From: a virus
Taxonomy: Duplodnaviria; Caudoviricetes
DNA: 37,504 nt
Direction: 5' to 3' (one strand)
IMG/VR virus record: IMGVR_UViG_3300031953_000065
Location: 1 to 37,504 of that record
Part shown: in pieces, positions 15,417-24,970 of the stretch
Layout: each line of letters begins with the position of its first letter
Numbering within the stretch: position 1 is the first letter of the stretch
Translations under genes and position numbers: made by a program
Notes under the pieces: model-generated
Told to the model about the DNA's origin: nothing
The model's input: only the letters and a program-made list of their open reading frames with translations
The model's database searches: none

Positions 15417-15905
15417 TTATAACACTTTTCTTATTGATACGTTGTCTAGCCAAAAAGCCCCAGTAAAGCCTGAACTTGTTTTTAAAACTATTTCAAGAAT
15501 AGATGTAACATTTGGGATTAAATAAGAATAGCTACCACTTTCTGTTATATTAAAAACCTTAGCACCATCCCCAGATCCGTAAACAGTTATGTTTACGGAA
15601 CTCGGAGGCACTTCTATATCAAAGGAAAGTTGATAATCAGAACCCGGCTCAAAGCTGTGCGAATTTTTTGCACCCCAAAAAGTGTCGCTTCCTGATGTAG
15701 AAATTTTTAATCTTCCACTATCCCAAGAAAGTTGCGCCCCACTTAAAGGAGTCCATCCACTAATATCACTACTATCAAAGCTTCCGTTAACCACTGTTTC
15801 TGAACCTAAACCATCATTAACTCCAAATCTGTACGGGTTTAATATGTTCATGGTCGTATAGGTTTCATAGATATTGAATTTTGGGTCGATTTTTTTCTCT
15901 GCCAT
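15417..15905 (-). CDS. Putative adhesin with CBM4/9-like galactose-binding fold (likely start MNILNPYRF at 15851)
   Basis: LGSE.V.NGSFD...GW...EPG..YQLSF...FWLDNVSIR jelly-roll signature; in the tail-fibre locus. Confidence 0.7.
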   Translation of the reverse strand: MAEKKIDPKFNIYETYTTMNILNPYRFGVNDGLGSETVVNGSFDSSDISGWTPLSGAQLSWDSGRLKISTSGSDTFWGAKNSHSFEPGSDYQLSFDIEVPPSSVNITVYGSGDGAKVFNITESGSYSYLIPNVTSILEIVLKTSSGFTGAFWLDNVSIRKVL

Positions 15906-15911
15906 AAGGCA

Positions 15912-16652
15912 TTATATTACCGGGTTTGTTCCACGCTCCCATCCCTCGTCGATGTTCGGCTCTTGCCCATTGCTCACTTGGTCTTTCTTTAATTTTTTCT
16001 CTGCATCGTTCTTCCAGATGTTCACGTTATAAGTATCTATCTGTTCCAATATTGATGTTTGTTCAGCGTTCAGGGCAAGTCCATCCACTTTGTTTCCAAG
16101 TGCGCTCAATCCTACCATAAACAACTTTTGGTCAGTCCTATAATCTATTAGACTGTCATTGGCGGAAACCTCGGCATTGTCAATAGCTAAATTGATATCT
16201 TTATCAAGTCTTTTATTTGTTGCATAAGTACGCTTATATGTGTTTATATTTGGATAGTCAGGGTGTTTTTCAGTTGTTACCGATTCTGTTACGTCCAAAA
16301 TCCAAATCCTACTATCATAATCAGGAGATGCAAAAGGTTCGTATTTTAAGAACCATTCCAAATCAGGCTCTAAGCCAATTACGGGGCTCATGTCAGAATT
16401 AGGCCATGGGGCGTCTTTCAATTTTCCACCCTCAACTACTGAATTAACTATATCTCCATCAACTAAGGGACTTAAAACCTCGATTTCATTATATGCTTTT
16501 ATCTTCCAATCTTCTTTTAGAAGTGCTATTCCATTGACTTGCACCAATGTTATTTTAGCAGATGCCAAAACAGGAAAAACCTGTGGCGTTCCTGCTGCCC
16601 ATGTTGAAGGTTGCTCTGAAAATTTTCTGATAAGTACGGATGGTGCGCTCAT
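15912..16652 (-). CDS. Tail-fibre associated/assembly protein
   Basis: Directly downstream of the fibre gene; P.YDSR motif and PNIDEGW C-terminus resemble fibre chaperones. Confidence 0.5.
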   Translation of the reverse strand: MSAPSVLIRKFSEQPSTWAAGTPQVFPVLASAKITLVQVNGIALLKEDWKIKAYNEIEVLSPLVDGDIVNSVVEGGKLKDAPWPNSDMSPVIGLEPDLEWFLKYEPFASPDYDSRIWILDVTESVTTEKHPDYPNINTYKRTYATNKRLDKDINLAIDNAEVSANDSLIDYRTDQKLFMVGLSALGNKVDGLALNAEQTSILEQIDTYNVNIWKNDAEKKLKKDQVSNGQEPNIDEGWERGTNPVI

Positions 16653-16674
16653 AATAATAATTATTGTTTAGTTG

Positions 16675-19065
16675 TTAGTTTTTGATTATTTCCAAATAAA
16701 GTTTCAATGATTTCCCTGTTTCTATGCTTCCCGTTTGGGAAATAACGGGGGTAATCAAATCACCTTTTAAAACGGTTGTAGTTATTAAAACAGGGGCGGT
16801 TCCCGTCAATGATGTAAATTCCCCTGCATCGATAATTGCTTTTGAAGATGTAATAGAAACCCCGTTTATCTTCACATCAACAACTAATGCCGAACCCGTT
16901 GGCGCTGTATTTACTCCGGGCCAAAAAGTGCTGAAATTAAAGTTGTAAGGGGCGTGAAAGGAATCCACATCCCCCGCAACCAAATCTCCCGTGGTATTAC
17001 TCATTGCAAAGGAAATAGTATCTGTTAAAGGGCTTATAGTGCTTACTAAATCCCCCGTAATTATTGCTGCATCTAAATCATTCCTGAACTTTATCTTGAA
17101 TTTACCCCCTGTTAATAGTACTACCGATTTATTATCCTGAGTAACTATCTGAGGAAAACCCGCATCATTTACAAAGCTGATTTGTGAGGCACTAAAACAA
17201 ACCCCATCTATTTCCTCTCCATCGTTAAAAAATCCAGAGGGTATAGTTACTACGCAATCTGTACTTCTAAAAAACAAATATTCCGTAGCATCGCCTGTGG
17301 TTAAAGTATAAGTGGCTGCATTTATATCTTTATATATTTTCTTTAATGTGGGATTAGTCCAAGTTCTTACCCCTGCAATAGTACTTTCTAGTAGTTTTCC
17401 ATCCGTATCTGGATTTCCTAAAGCTAGTTCAAAAATGGGTAATTTCCATCGTTTCAAGGTAATCACAAATTCATCCCATTTTGCAGCGGTATTTATGGAA
17501 GCGTCCCAATTCGTTCCGCCGCTGTAAATTTTATATGCCCCTACCTGTGTTTCAAATACAATGTCCTGCATTTGGACATATCCCACTTTGGGCATATTGT
17601 CCGGGAATCCTGTAATAGCCCGTGCTATCAATGAAACCGCTTCAAGGTCAAAAGAAGTGTCGGTGGCATCCACAACGAACCTAAATCCATTTGTAGCCGT
17701 CCTTATGATGTTGTAAGACGAACCTTCCAATTCTAGTTCAAGGTTGGAATAATCGTCGTTCACCCCTGGGATATAGTACACATTATAAATATCGGGGGTG
17801 TCACCGAATGAAATCCTTGTAAATTCTTCCTTGGTAACAACATCGGACACGTTGGCTTTCAGAATATCGGCCGCCGCAAAGTCCGTTCTAATTTGCGATA
17901 GTGCGATTAAGACTTCATTTTGAAATACGTCCGCCGCACTTTGGGTTCCGCTGATATAATTCACGGTATCTATAAAAAAGCCGTTCCCATTGTCGTTATT
18001 GGCCCGTATTTGTATCGAAGTGATCTCGATAAGTTCTCCGGCGTTTACCGGTATGCTGATAAATTGCCAGTCGGTTATATTCAACCTATCATAACCGGCG
18101 TCGTTCAAATTTCCCTGATAAATGGTCATGGCCCCGGCTGTTTTGTTCCCTGTGATAAGAAGGTCCAACGGGTTTAACTCTATTGCCTCGGCTTTGTTTT
18201 TTATGTAAAACGAAATTTCTTTTACATCATCAACTGGCACCGTTTTTACAAATGAAACATTGTCCCCGGTCACCACGGCGGTCATTTCGATACTGTAATT
18301 CCCGCTTTGACTGGCCGCCGCGCTGTTTATCGCAACGCTGGCGCCGCTGGCCGCCGCTTCGAATTCCGGGGCGGTCCCGGTTTCGCCGTAAATCGTCGTT
18401 CCCGTGACCCCTTCAGGGGCGCTTTGCCCGTTTTTGACCTGGAAAAAGGTCGCTTCGAGTTGCGTATCGGGATCTACTACCGGCTTTTCAGGGCTTAGGG
18501 CGGCGGTCCCCTTGATTATTTCAATGGTACCGGCGCTATTACCCACCACCACATCAAAGCGGGACCAGTCGGTAGTTGTAGGTGGTGCATCCAAGGTTAT
18601 CGGTTGGTTGATTGCCTCAAAACGGGTCCCGAAAAAATCGTATTTCATCGACATATTAAAACCGAATCCAGAAACAAAGCCCGAATTATAGGAAATAATG
18701 CCGTGTTTGTTCGCTGCGGTCTGTTCCAAAAGGCGTTCATCAAAGTACGGGCCGCCGTCGGGCCCATTGGTCAAGGCGTTTCCCTGTATAGAAGATACGC
18801 CGATATAAGCCCCCACGCCCTCCACGGTCGCCCGTGAATAAATAACGCTGTTCAAGGCATTTACAAGCAATAAAGCGCTGGCAAAGGTCGTCCCGTTGAC
18901 TTGCACATCGGCAAAATTGGTGTTTGGGAGCAATACCACTTGCCCGTCAAAAGCATTCACGACCTTTACATTGTTTCCCGATAAAATGGGAATGAAGATT
19001 TTAAAAACTTCGACGCCGTTCAAACTGAATTTGTCGGCCGTTACGGTTAGAAAGGTCGCTATCAT
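16675..19065 (-). CDS. Tail fibre / receptor-binding protein (796 aa, mosaic)
   Basis: LDAPP...SRFDVVV...IIKGTAA..PEKP anchor domain, jelly-roll ending FFIDTVNY, YTL..GD..IPSG repeat-like domain, C-terminal VNTAPTGS..VDVK.NG domain. Confidence 0.8.
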   Translation of the reverse strand: MIATFLTVTADKFSLNGVEVFKIFIPILSGNNVKVVNAFDGQVVLLPNTNFADVQVNGTTFASALLLVNALNSVIYSRATVEGVGAYIGVSSIQGNALTNGPDGGPYFDERLLEQTAANKHGIISYNSGFVSGFGFNMSMKYDFFGTRFEAINQPITLDAPPTTTDWSRFDVVVGNSAGTIEIIKGTAALSPEKPVVDPDTQLEATFFQVKNGQSAPEGVTGTTIYGETGTAPEFEAAASGASVAINSAAASQSGNYSIEMTAVVTGDNVSFVKTVPVDDVKEISFYIKNKAEAIELNPLDLLITGNKTAGAMTIYQGNLNDAGYDRLNITDWQFISIPVNAGELIEITSIQIRANNDNGNGFFIDTVNYISGTQSAADVFQNEVLIALSQIRTDFAAADILKANVSDVVTKEEFTRISFGDTPDIYNVYYIPGVNDDYSNLELELEGSSYNIIRTATNGFRFVVDATDTSFDLEAVSLIARAITGFPDNMPKVGYVQMQDIVFETQVGAYKIYSGGTNWDASINTAAKWDEFVITLKRWKLPIFELALGNPDTDGKLLESTIAGVRTWTNPTLKKIYKDINAATYTLTTGDATEYLFFRSTDCVVTIPSGFFNDGEEIDGVCFSASQISFVNDAGFPQIVTQDNKSVVLLTGGKFKIKFRNDLDAAIITGDLVSTISPLTDTISFAMSNTTGDLVAGDVDSFHAPYNFNFSTFWPGVNTAPTGSALVVDVKINGVSITSSKAIIDAGEFTSLTGTAPVLITTTVLKGDLITPVISQTGSIETGKSLKLYLEIIKN

Positions 19066-19560
19066 TTAGAGGGTTATTTTAGAAATTCGTAAACCTGAAG
19101 ATGCTGGCCGGTCGCAGCTATTCCAGTTCGTATAATCTTTGCGCGTCAGGTAAAGCCCGACTTTCGAAAAATAAGCTTCGGCGGTCTGGCGCTCCTTTGT
19201 GTAGATCGTTTTTTTGCTGCTGCCTCCAACTGGCTGGCTGTCTTGGTTCGATTTCTCCACAAAGCCGAAGGCCGTATCTGTGAACGAACCGAACAATATG
19301 TAGCGCGAATAGGCGAAAATCGCCAAAACCTTGTTTAAACCCGGTTGGGTATAAGTAACCCCGTCAACCGCGTAGGCCCCGCCTTCCAATAGTTCGGCAT
19401 GGTCCCCTGGGGTCGTCGCTATCGCGTTATAAAGCAATTCACCCAACAAAGGGGCTAAATCCAGTTCTTCGGCATCTGTGATGTGCGGGTTTATTTTGTC
19501 GTCCCGCACGGCCTTGCTGATCTCGCGGTGCTTTATTATTTCGGCTTTATCTATCAGCAT
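19066..19560 (-). CDS. Head-tail adaptor (DUF6712-like)
   Basis: I.PHI.DAE..DL.PLLG..LY and GL.KVLA.FAY.RY....T.FG.V.K patterns; near portal. Confidence 0.7.
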   Translation of the reverse strand: MLIDKAEIIKHREISKAVRDDKINPHITDAEELDLAPLLGELLYNAIATTPGDHAELLEGGAYAVDGVTYTQPGLNKVLAIFAYSRYILFGSFTDTAFGFVEKSNQDSQPVGGSSKKTIYTKERQTAEAYFSKVGLYLTRKDYTNWNSCDRPASSGLRISKITL

Positions 19561-19561
19561 C

Positions 19562-19939
19562 TTAAACGGTTTTTACATACACCACTACTTTGACTTTGTA
19601 CGAAACGGCCGTATCGTTCAGAAAATCGCTGTATGCCGTCGGCTGTACATTGTGGCCCAAAAATACAAGTTCTGAAAAAGCCTCGACCGTGTTTGTCCCC
19701 ACCAAATCAGCGGTCAGGATATCGGTCACCTGCTTATTCACGCCTATCACGACGTCCGTTAAAATATTGTCCAAGGTGATCGCTTTGTCCGCGTTTTGCA
19801 CGGTCGCTTTCAGTACGTCTAAGGTCAATTCCCTTTTGTATTCGTGATCCGTGAAATCGGTAACGACCGGGAGCGTATATCCTGAAGGGATTTGTCCCGC
19901 GCCTAAGTTTACTTTTGTGCCATTGTTAACTATTGCCAT
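19562..19939 (-). CDS. Hypothetical virion protein
   Basis: Between portal and adaptor; V/T/D-rich composition. Confidence 0.6.
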   Translation of the reverse strand: MAIVNNGTKVNLGAGQIPSGYTLPVVTDFTDHEYKRELTLDVLKATVQNADKAITLDNILTDVVIGVNKQVTDILTADLVGTNTVEAFSELVFLGHNVQPTAYSDFLNDTAVSYKVKVVVYVKTV

Positions 19940-19950
19940 ATTGTTCGGTT

Positions 19951-21312
19951 TTAATTGGTTGTTGTTTTTGGGTTTCCTAACATTTCGGCCGCTTTGACCG
20001 CATCTATCCCGTATATTTCGGTAATGATCGCAATGGCCGCGCTTCGGTCGGTCGTGCCGGCCGCAACGCTTTGCTGTATGGTAAGCAAGGCCGTAACCCC
20101 ACCGACGCTTCCTTTAAGGGTCGCCTGGGCTTGCCTCCGTGCTTCGTCGGGATCTTTGACCGGCGCCACTACTGCGGCATAAAGCGGCATTATTTTAATG
20201 TTTTCCTGTGGGGTCGTGAAGTTCTTTAAAAGCTGGTTCACGACTTGTTCCAATACCATGCGTTCGTCGCTGGTTTGGTCCTGGTAGAATTCCCGCATTT
20301 GTGCTATTGATTCTCCGCTGGCACCAAATAGCGAATTATCAGCGGCCGAAATAAGGGCGGCCGGTACGTTGTTAAAACACATGCGTATATTATCGGCGAC
20401 CGAATCTTCAGTGAATTTAAAGAGTTTGTCGTTAATATTTGAATCTATATTTTTAAATAAAATCTGTTTGTCTATTTCGGCATCTTCAAAGTCCATTTCC
20501 AAGTGGAGCGCGCCGTCCGAATTTTCGGCACCTATGAATTGTTTAATAGTTTCTTTAAAATCGCTTTGCGCGGTTTCCTGTTTGTTTATTTCGGCTTCGT
20601 CTTGCTCGAATTTATTGACCAGCGGCCGGGTCACGATCAGCGTTTTGCCGAAAAATCCTTTTTTAAGTGAAGTATGTTTATATACTGAAGATAAACGTTC
20701 GCTTTCGGCGTCCTTTAAAGCCGGGTGCAAAGGTGATAAAGGATAGGTCAGGTCGTCATCTAAATTCAGGTATAAGACTTGCCCGTTATATTCCCGGAAA
20801 GACCCCGCGGCCTTCACCTGTGATTCTATAACGCCTTTGATATCATTGTAAACGTCTATTTTCTTCGCGGCCTTTACTTTCTTCGGGTCGTTCCAATTGG
20901 AACAAATAACGATTTTCCCGCTGTGTCCGTCGTCGTCTTTTTTGCCCAATCGGCAATCGTCAAAGGGCAATACGGTGTAATTTTTCGCGTTTAAATTCCC
21001 GTCGAAATTCACATGGATAAAAGCGCCCCTATGTCTACTTATCGACTTGGCAATGTTCTGGTTGAGCCTTAAAAGCGTGGTGCCTTTTTTCTTGTTCACG
21101 ATCAGGCCGTTCAGGTCCGGGCCAAATCCTTTGCCTGATATAAAGCTAGCCATCAGCGACGCGCAACGAAAAGCCGTCACGCTGTTCACTATGCCGTTTT
21201 CAACTTGATTTGGGTAGTTATTATCTTCGCCGTTAAAAAAGACTTTTGCCGTCTTGTCAAAGTCCGGCGTTTTGTTGAAGATCTTGTATATACTTGCAGC
21301 TATGTTCCGCAT
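19951..21312 (-). CDS. Portal protein
   Basis: NGEDNNYP....NS.TA..C....SFI.GKGF N-terminus and I...F..VP.ALI...LFG.SGE C-terminal pattern of Bacteroidota phage portals; 453 aa. Confidence 0.82.
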   Translation of the reverse strand: MRNIAASIYKIFNKTPDFDKTAKVFFNGEDNNYPNQVENGIVNSVTAFRCASLMASFISGKGFGPDLNGLIVNKKKGTTLLRLNQNIAKSISRHRGAFIHVNFDGNLNAKNYTVLPFDDCRLGKKDDDGHSGKIVICSNWNDPKKVKAAKKIDVYNDIKGVIESQVKAAGSFREYNGQVLYLNLDDDLTYPLSPLHPALKDAESERLSSVYKHTSLKKGFFGKTLIVTRPLVNKFEQDEAEINKQETAQSDFKETIKQFIGAENSDGALHLEMDFEDAEIDKQILFKNIDSNINDKLFKFTEDSVADNIRMCFNNVPAALISAADNSLFGASGESIAQMREFYQDQTSDERMVLEQVVNQLLKNFTTPQENIKIMPLYAAVVAPVKDPDEARRQAQATLKGSVGGVTALLTIQQSVAAGTTDRSAAIAIITEIYGIDAVKAAEMLGNPKTTTN

Positions 21313-21330
21313 AATTCAAAAAGTAAAAGG

Positions 21331-21819
21331 TTAGTGTGCTAAAATCGCCTTGGCTACATCCCTCTTGCTTTTTAAAGTGGTGGTGTCAAATCCCAAATCT
21401 TTTGCTTTTGCGTTCAACTCGGCCCGCGTGTGGTCTTCCATCAGGCTTTTTACCGTGACTTCCTTCGCTTCCGGGACAATCTCGAAGAGGTCCGCGCCTC
21501 GGGGGTGGTTCTTGATCAGTTCCTCGGCCAAAGCATCCGTTAAATTGGTGTTTGAAACCTGGATGCGGGACCCGAATTTCAAGGGAATGCCGTTGTATTT
21601 GGCTTTCAGTTTGTAAGCGGTTTTAACTGTTTTCATTTTGTGAAGTGATTGAGTTAGTTTTGAATAGTAATCGTTTAAACATCTTCGACATCCCGCCTCT
21701 ATAATCGCAGGGTTGAAGGCGGTTTTGTAGTCGCGCAAAAATTCGTTCAAATAGCGGTTACCGTCCTCACTCTTTCCGGTAAAGACGGTTTCCGGTGCTA
21801 TTTTTGACCAATCCCGCAT
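21331..21819 (-). CDS. Hypothetical protein with CxxC and C-terminal Rho-N/HeH-like helices
   Basis: GCRRC; TRAELNAKAKDLGF....KSKRDVAKAIL. Confidence 0.65.
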   Translation of the reverse strand: MRDWSKIAPETVFTGKSEDGNRYLNEFLRDYKTAFNPAIIEAGCRRCLNDYYSKLTQSLHKMKTVKTAYKLKAKYNGIPLKFGSRIQVSNTNLTDALAEELIKNHPRGADLFEIVPEAKEVTVKSLMEDHTRAELNAKAKDLGFDTTTLKSKRDVAKAILAH

Positions 21820-22421
21820 TATACGGCCGGTCCTTGAACGAACATATTAGTAAACGCTGTTAAGGTCGTATCGTAATCGGTGTCCAATAGGTTTTTGGCC
21901 ATGTCGTTCTCGAGCATTTCATCCAAACTTGAAAGCGTGAACAAAATCGCGGCGTTGTTCTCGCGGCTGTTTTCCGTCATTTCGGTCACGTAAAGGCCCG
22001 CTTCATATCCCAAAATCAAAAAGGCGTCGGCACTACCGGCCCCCTTGTATTTCTTGTTGACCACGATCACGTAGCTTTCGCCCTTCGTCATTTTGGAAGC
22101 CTCGGACCGGTTCGCGGTCGAAGGGGTCATGATAACGCCCGAAAATACGTGCCTCCATTTGTCGGGGGTCTGACTGTCCCCTAAAACAAACTCCTGGTTA
22201 TATCCGTTGAGCTGTTTGATCCCCTCCAATTTCAGTCCCACGCTGTCCGCCTTCAGTACCAAATTGGTACACAAAAGGTTGTTCGTCGGGTCCAAAACGG
22301 AGGCGGTCTTGTCTATCAGCGAAAGCGGGATCAAAACCACGTCGGCCTCGATTCCTGAAATCGTCAAGTTGTTACAATCAGCCAATAAATCGGCTGATAT
22401 TCTATCGGTTGCACATCCCAT
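21819..22421 (-). CDS. Major tail tube protein
   Basis: MGC..ISADL..DC....GIE N-terminus, F.ILG.E.GL motif; 200 aa directly after the capsid gene. Confidence 0.7.
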   Translation of the reverse strand: MGCATDRISADLLADCNNLTISGIEADVVLIPLSLIDKTASVLDPTNNLLCTNLVLKADSVGLKLEGIKQLNGYNQEFVLGDSQTPDKWRHVFSGVIMTPSTANRSEASKMTKGESYVIVVNKKYKGAGSADAFLILGYEAGLYVTEMTENSRENNAAILFTLSSLDEMLENDMAKNLLDTDYDTTLTAFTNMFVQGPAV

Positions 22422-22442
22422 ATCTATATAATTTTATAAGGT

Positions 22443-22456
22443 TAAAGGCCGAAGCC
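22443..22456 (-). terminator. Short cUUCGg hairpin after the capsid gene (weak terminator or stabiliser)
   Basis: GGC-TTCG-GCC-TTT; only a 3-bp stem. Confidence 0.35.
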
Positions 22457-22460
22457 GCTA

Positions 22461-23810
22461 TTAATAAGCGGCCACGGTCATATAGTCTAAAAGGTGTTTC
22501 ACGTCCAGTTTAAGATCGAAATCTATGTAATTCTTTTTGGTCACTTTGTCATAAAAAGAATCCAAAGCGGTCAAATCACTTTCGGCAACCGTTCCAACCG
22601 GGATATTTTCCTTAACCGTTAGTATGGCACGGTTCGGAAGGTTGTAAGAAGTACCGTTGTATTGGTAGGCCTTGATGTTGTTGTCCCAGTCATTCCTGAC
22701 CTTGATCGGAATACCTCGATAGGTCAACATGGAAACGCCGTCTTTGGCTTCAGCAAGCGTGAAAATTAAAGATTTGTCTTCCAGTTGATCCATGTAGTTT
22801 TGGTAAATCTCGCGGGTCACCAAATATTGAGGTTGCGCCCCTTCTTCGATGGCCTGGTGAAAACGTGAATCTACTTTGTTGAACATGTTTCTAAAGATCC
22901 CTAAGGCTGAATTTGCGGGCAATACCTGTCCCACGTTCGCCCCTTGGGTCGGTGTGGTCATTACTCCGGTCGCTCCGGTTGTTCCCGCTGAATAAATGGC
23001 ATCTGCTTTTACGCCGATTACGTCCGCTGTAAATGTTACGGTTGTTCCTGTTCCGCCCGTGGTCCATCCCGTAAAGGTAGCGGCCCTTATTTTCGTGGCG
23101 ACTTCCGTAGGGGTGTCGGCGTTCACCAATGTAACGGCAACGCCCGCGCCATCCAATGTTACGTTTGCATCCGCGCTGGCACTTGCCGCAGCGGTTACTT
23201 CAAGGCTGGCAATTTCCGCCACGCCGTCATAATCATTGGAAGGTATCGCGACGTAATTCGAAGCGGTCGTAGGGATTTCGGCAAAGATTTGTTTGAACAA
23301 ACCATCCAAAATCGTAAAGTAGGTGATGTCGGTCCCGTTGGTGATGACCCCACCGCCCGTTACGTCGTCGCCGGTTTTGTCCCCAAACCATACAAGTCTA
23401 TTGCTCATTTTCGTCATGGCCTGTTCTACCTTCGCGATAATTACGCCAAAAGCTTCGGTTCCTATTTCGTCGTAAAAATCAGGATTTATGCGTTGCGCTT
23501 TTTTGAAGAGTTTCAAAAGCGAAGGAAGGTCGGTCGCACAATGCGCCAACCGGTCCCCGATCAATTCAGGGTCCCAAAACTTTTCAGTCAACGGAATGGT
23601 CCCGGTATTGATAACGCGGTCGCATCCTGTTTGTTTCTTACCTACAAGGCCCAAGTTCCCGATAAAAGGGATCTGCGTTTTGTGGTGTATTCCTGTGGTG
23701 ATATCGTGAAAATCCGATAGCGCCCCGCCGGTGATCGTTCTCTCGAAGATAAGCTCCGAAACCCCTTGGGCTTCTTCGGCGGTCATGGTTAAGTTTGAAG
23801 TATCTAGCAT
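22461..23810 (-). CDS. Major capsid protein with an inserted domain
   Basis: Follows protease/scaffold; RLVWFGD...YF..LDGLFK motif, YRGIPI, NRAILT..NI.VGT. Confidence 0.85.
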   Translation of the reverse strand: MLDTSNLTMTAEEAQGVSELIFERTITGGALSDFHDITTGIHHKTQIPFIGNLGLVGKKQTGCDRVINTGTIPLTEKFWDPELIGDRLAHCATDLPSLLKLFKKAQRINPDFYDEIGTEAFGVIIAKVEQAMTKMSNRLVWFGDKTGDDVTGGGVITNGTDITYFTILDGLFKQIFAEIPTTASNYVAIPSNDYDGVAEIASLEVTAAASASADANVTLDGAGVAVTLVNADTPTEVATKIRAATFTGWTTGGTGTTVTFTADVIGVKADAIYSAGTTGATGVMTTPTQGANVGQVLPANSALGIFRNMFNKVDSRFHQAIEEGAQPQYLVTREIYQNYMDQLEDKSLIFTLAEAKDGVSMLTYRGIPIKVRNDWDNNIKAYQYNGTSYNLPNRAILTVKENIPVGTVAESDLTALDSFYDKVTKKNYIDFDLKLDVKHLLDYMTVAAY

Positions 23811-23829
23811 CTTTTGCTGGTTTTAGTGG

Positions 23830-24957
23830 TTATTGTTTTTTGTTCTTGAAAAGCGGCCGCGATTTGGTTTCTTCGCCTTCGGTTTCTTTATGCTTGTTTT
23901 CCTTGGTCTTGGTCTCGAAGTCCGACCCGATTTCGGCTTTCAGCGCTGTTACGTCTGTTTGTACCTGGGCCAGTGTTGCGGCCGTGGTCTTGCTTTTCTT
24001 TTCGGCTTTGGCTTTTGCGGCTTCAGCAACATCTTTCGCGGCGTTGGCGTCCGCCAGTTCGCCCTTCAGTTTTTCTATTTCCGCGTTCGCGGCATCCAAG
24101 GCTTCATTTCCGGCCGGGTCTGCCACGGGTACAATCTCGGTAAGTTCGCCGGCCGTGAATTTATACACTTCGCCGTCCGTCATGGTGAAATCACCTTCAG
24201 CGGCTTTCCCGTCAACCTCGGCCTTGTCCCCTACTACCGGGGTTTCGGTATCTGCCAAATCGATAAAATCCAATTCGGTGCCGCTCCCGTCCTGGATTAT
24301 TTTGTTCTTAACGTCGCCCTTGATTAACGCAGTGATTTTTTCGACCAGCGTCAAGGCTTTCCTTTTGTCTTTCATGTCTTCTTTTTTATGGTTTGTAAAA
24401 TCTTTATTGGGGTCAAATTTCGCGACGATTTTCAAGGCCGCCGCGGTTTCTGTTATGAATCCTTTTTCGAGTGCTTGGGCCGCCGTGAAGGTGGTTTCCT
24501 GTTTCATCAGGGCCAGGGCATCTTCAGCGGTCAGGCTTGTTTTGGAAGCGTAAAAATCGGCCAGCTTGTTTTCAAGGCGCTCCAGATCCTTAGTATATTT
24601 TTCCATTTCGGCGCGGTCGCCAACGGCCATCCCCCAAGGGTTGTGAATGAAGAAATCGCTGTTTTCGGTCATGCTCCGGACGTCGCCGGCCAGTGATATG
24701 ACCGTGGCAATGGAAGCACAAAGGCCCTCTATTCTAGTTTCGATGGGTTTGCCCAAGCTCCTCAAATAGTCGTGAATCGCGAAGCCTTCGAAGACTACGC
24801 CCCCAACGGAATGAATATGTACAATCACTTTCTTCGCGTCTTTTTGGGCCTCGTATTGATCCCGAACGCTGGTAAGGTTTACAAATCCATATTCAGCCGC
24901 TTGTTTATCCTGATAAGCGTCAATTTCTCCGTAAACGTAGATGTGGGCTTCTTCCAT
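23830..24957 (-). CDS. ClpP-type (S14) prohead protease fused to scaffold
   Basis: IYVYGEI, HIHSVGG.VFEG.AI, GLCASIATVI (Ser), FIHNPW (His), ET.FTA.QALEKGF; C-terminal coiled coil. Confidence 0.92.
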   Translation of the reverse strand: MEEAHIYVYGEIDAYQDKQAAEYGFVNLTSVRDQYEAQKDAKKVIVHIHSVGGVVFEGFAIHDYLRSLGKPIETRIEGLCASIATVISLAGDVRSMTENSDFFIHNPWGMAVGDRAEMEKYTKDLERLENKLADFYASKTSLTAEDALALMKQETTFTAAQALEKGFITETAAALKIVAKFDPNKDFTNHKKEDMKDKRKALTLVEKITALIKGDVKNKIIQDGSGTELDFIDLADTETPVVGDKAEVDGKAAEGDFTMTDGEVYKFTAGELTEIVPVADPAGNEALDAANAEIEKLKGELADANAAKDVAEAAKAKAEKKSKTTAATLAQVQTDVTALKAEIGSDFETKTKENKHKETEGEETKSRPLFKNKKQ

Positions 24958-24970
24958 AACCGTAAAATTA
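24958..24970 (-). promoter_or_regulatory. Possible -7 element TAATTTTA-CGGTT directly before the protease ATG (near-leaderless late promoter)
   Basis: TAnnTTTA-CGGTT also at 12188-12200 (+); the upstream cassette is on the opposite strand, so a promoter is expected here. Confidence 0.45.

Noticed and set aside
15417-19065. Diversity-generating retroelement or invertible fibre segment
   Set aside because: No reverse transcriptase or invertase recognised and no duplicated template region noticed
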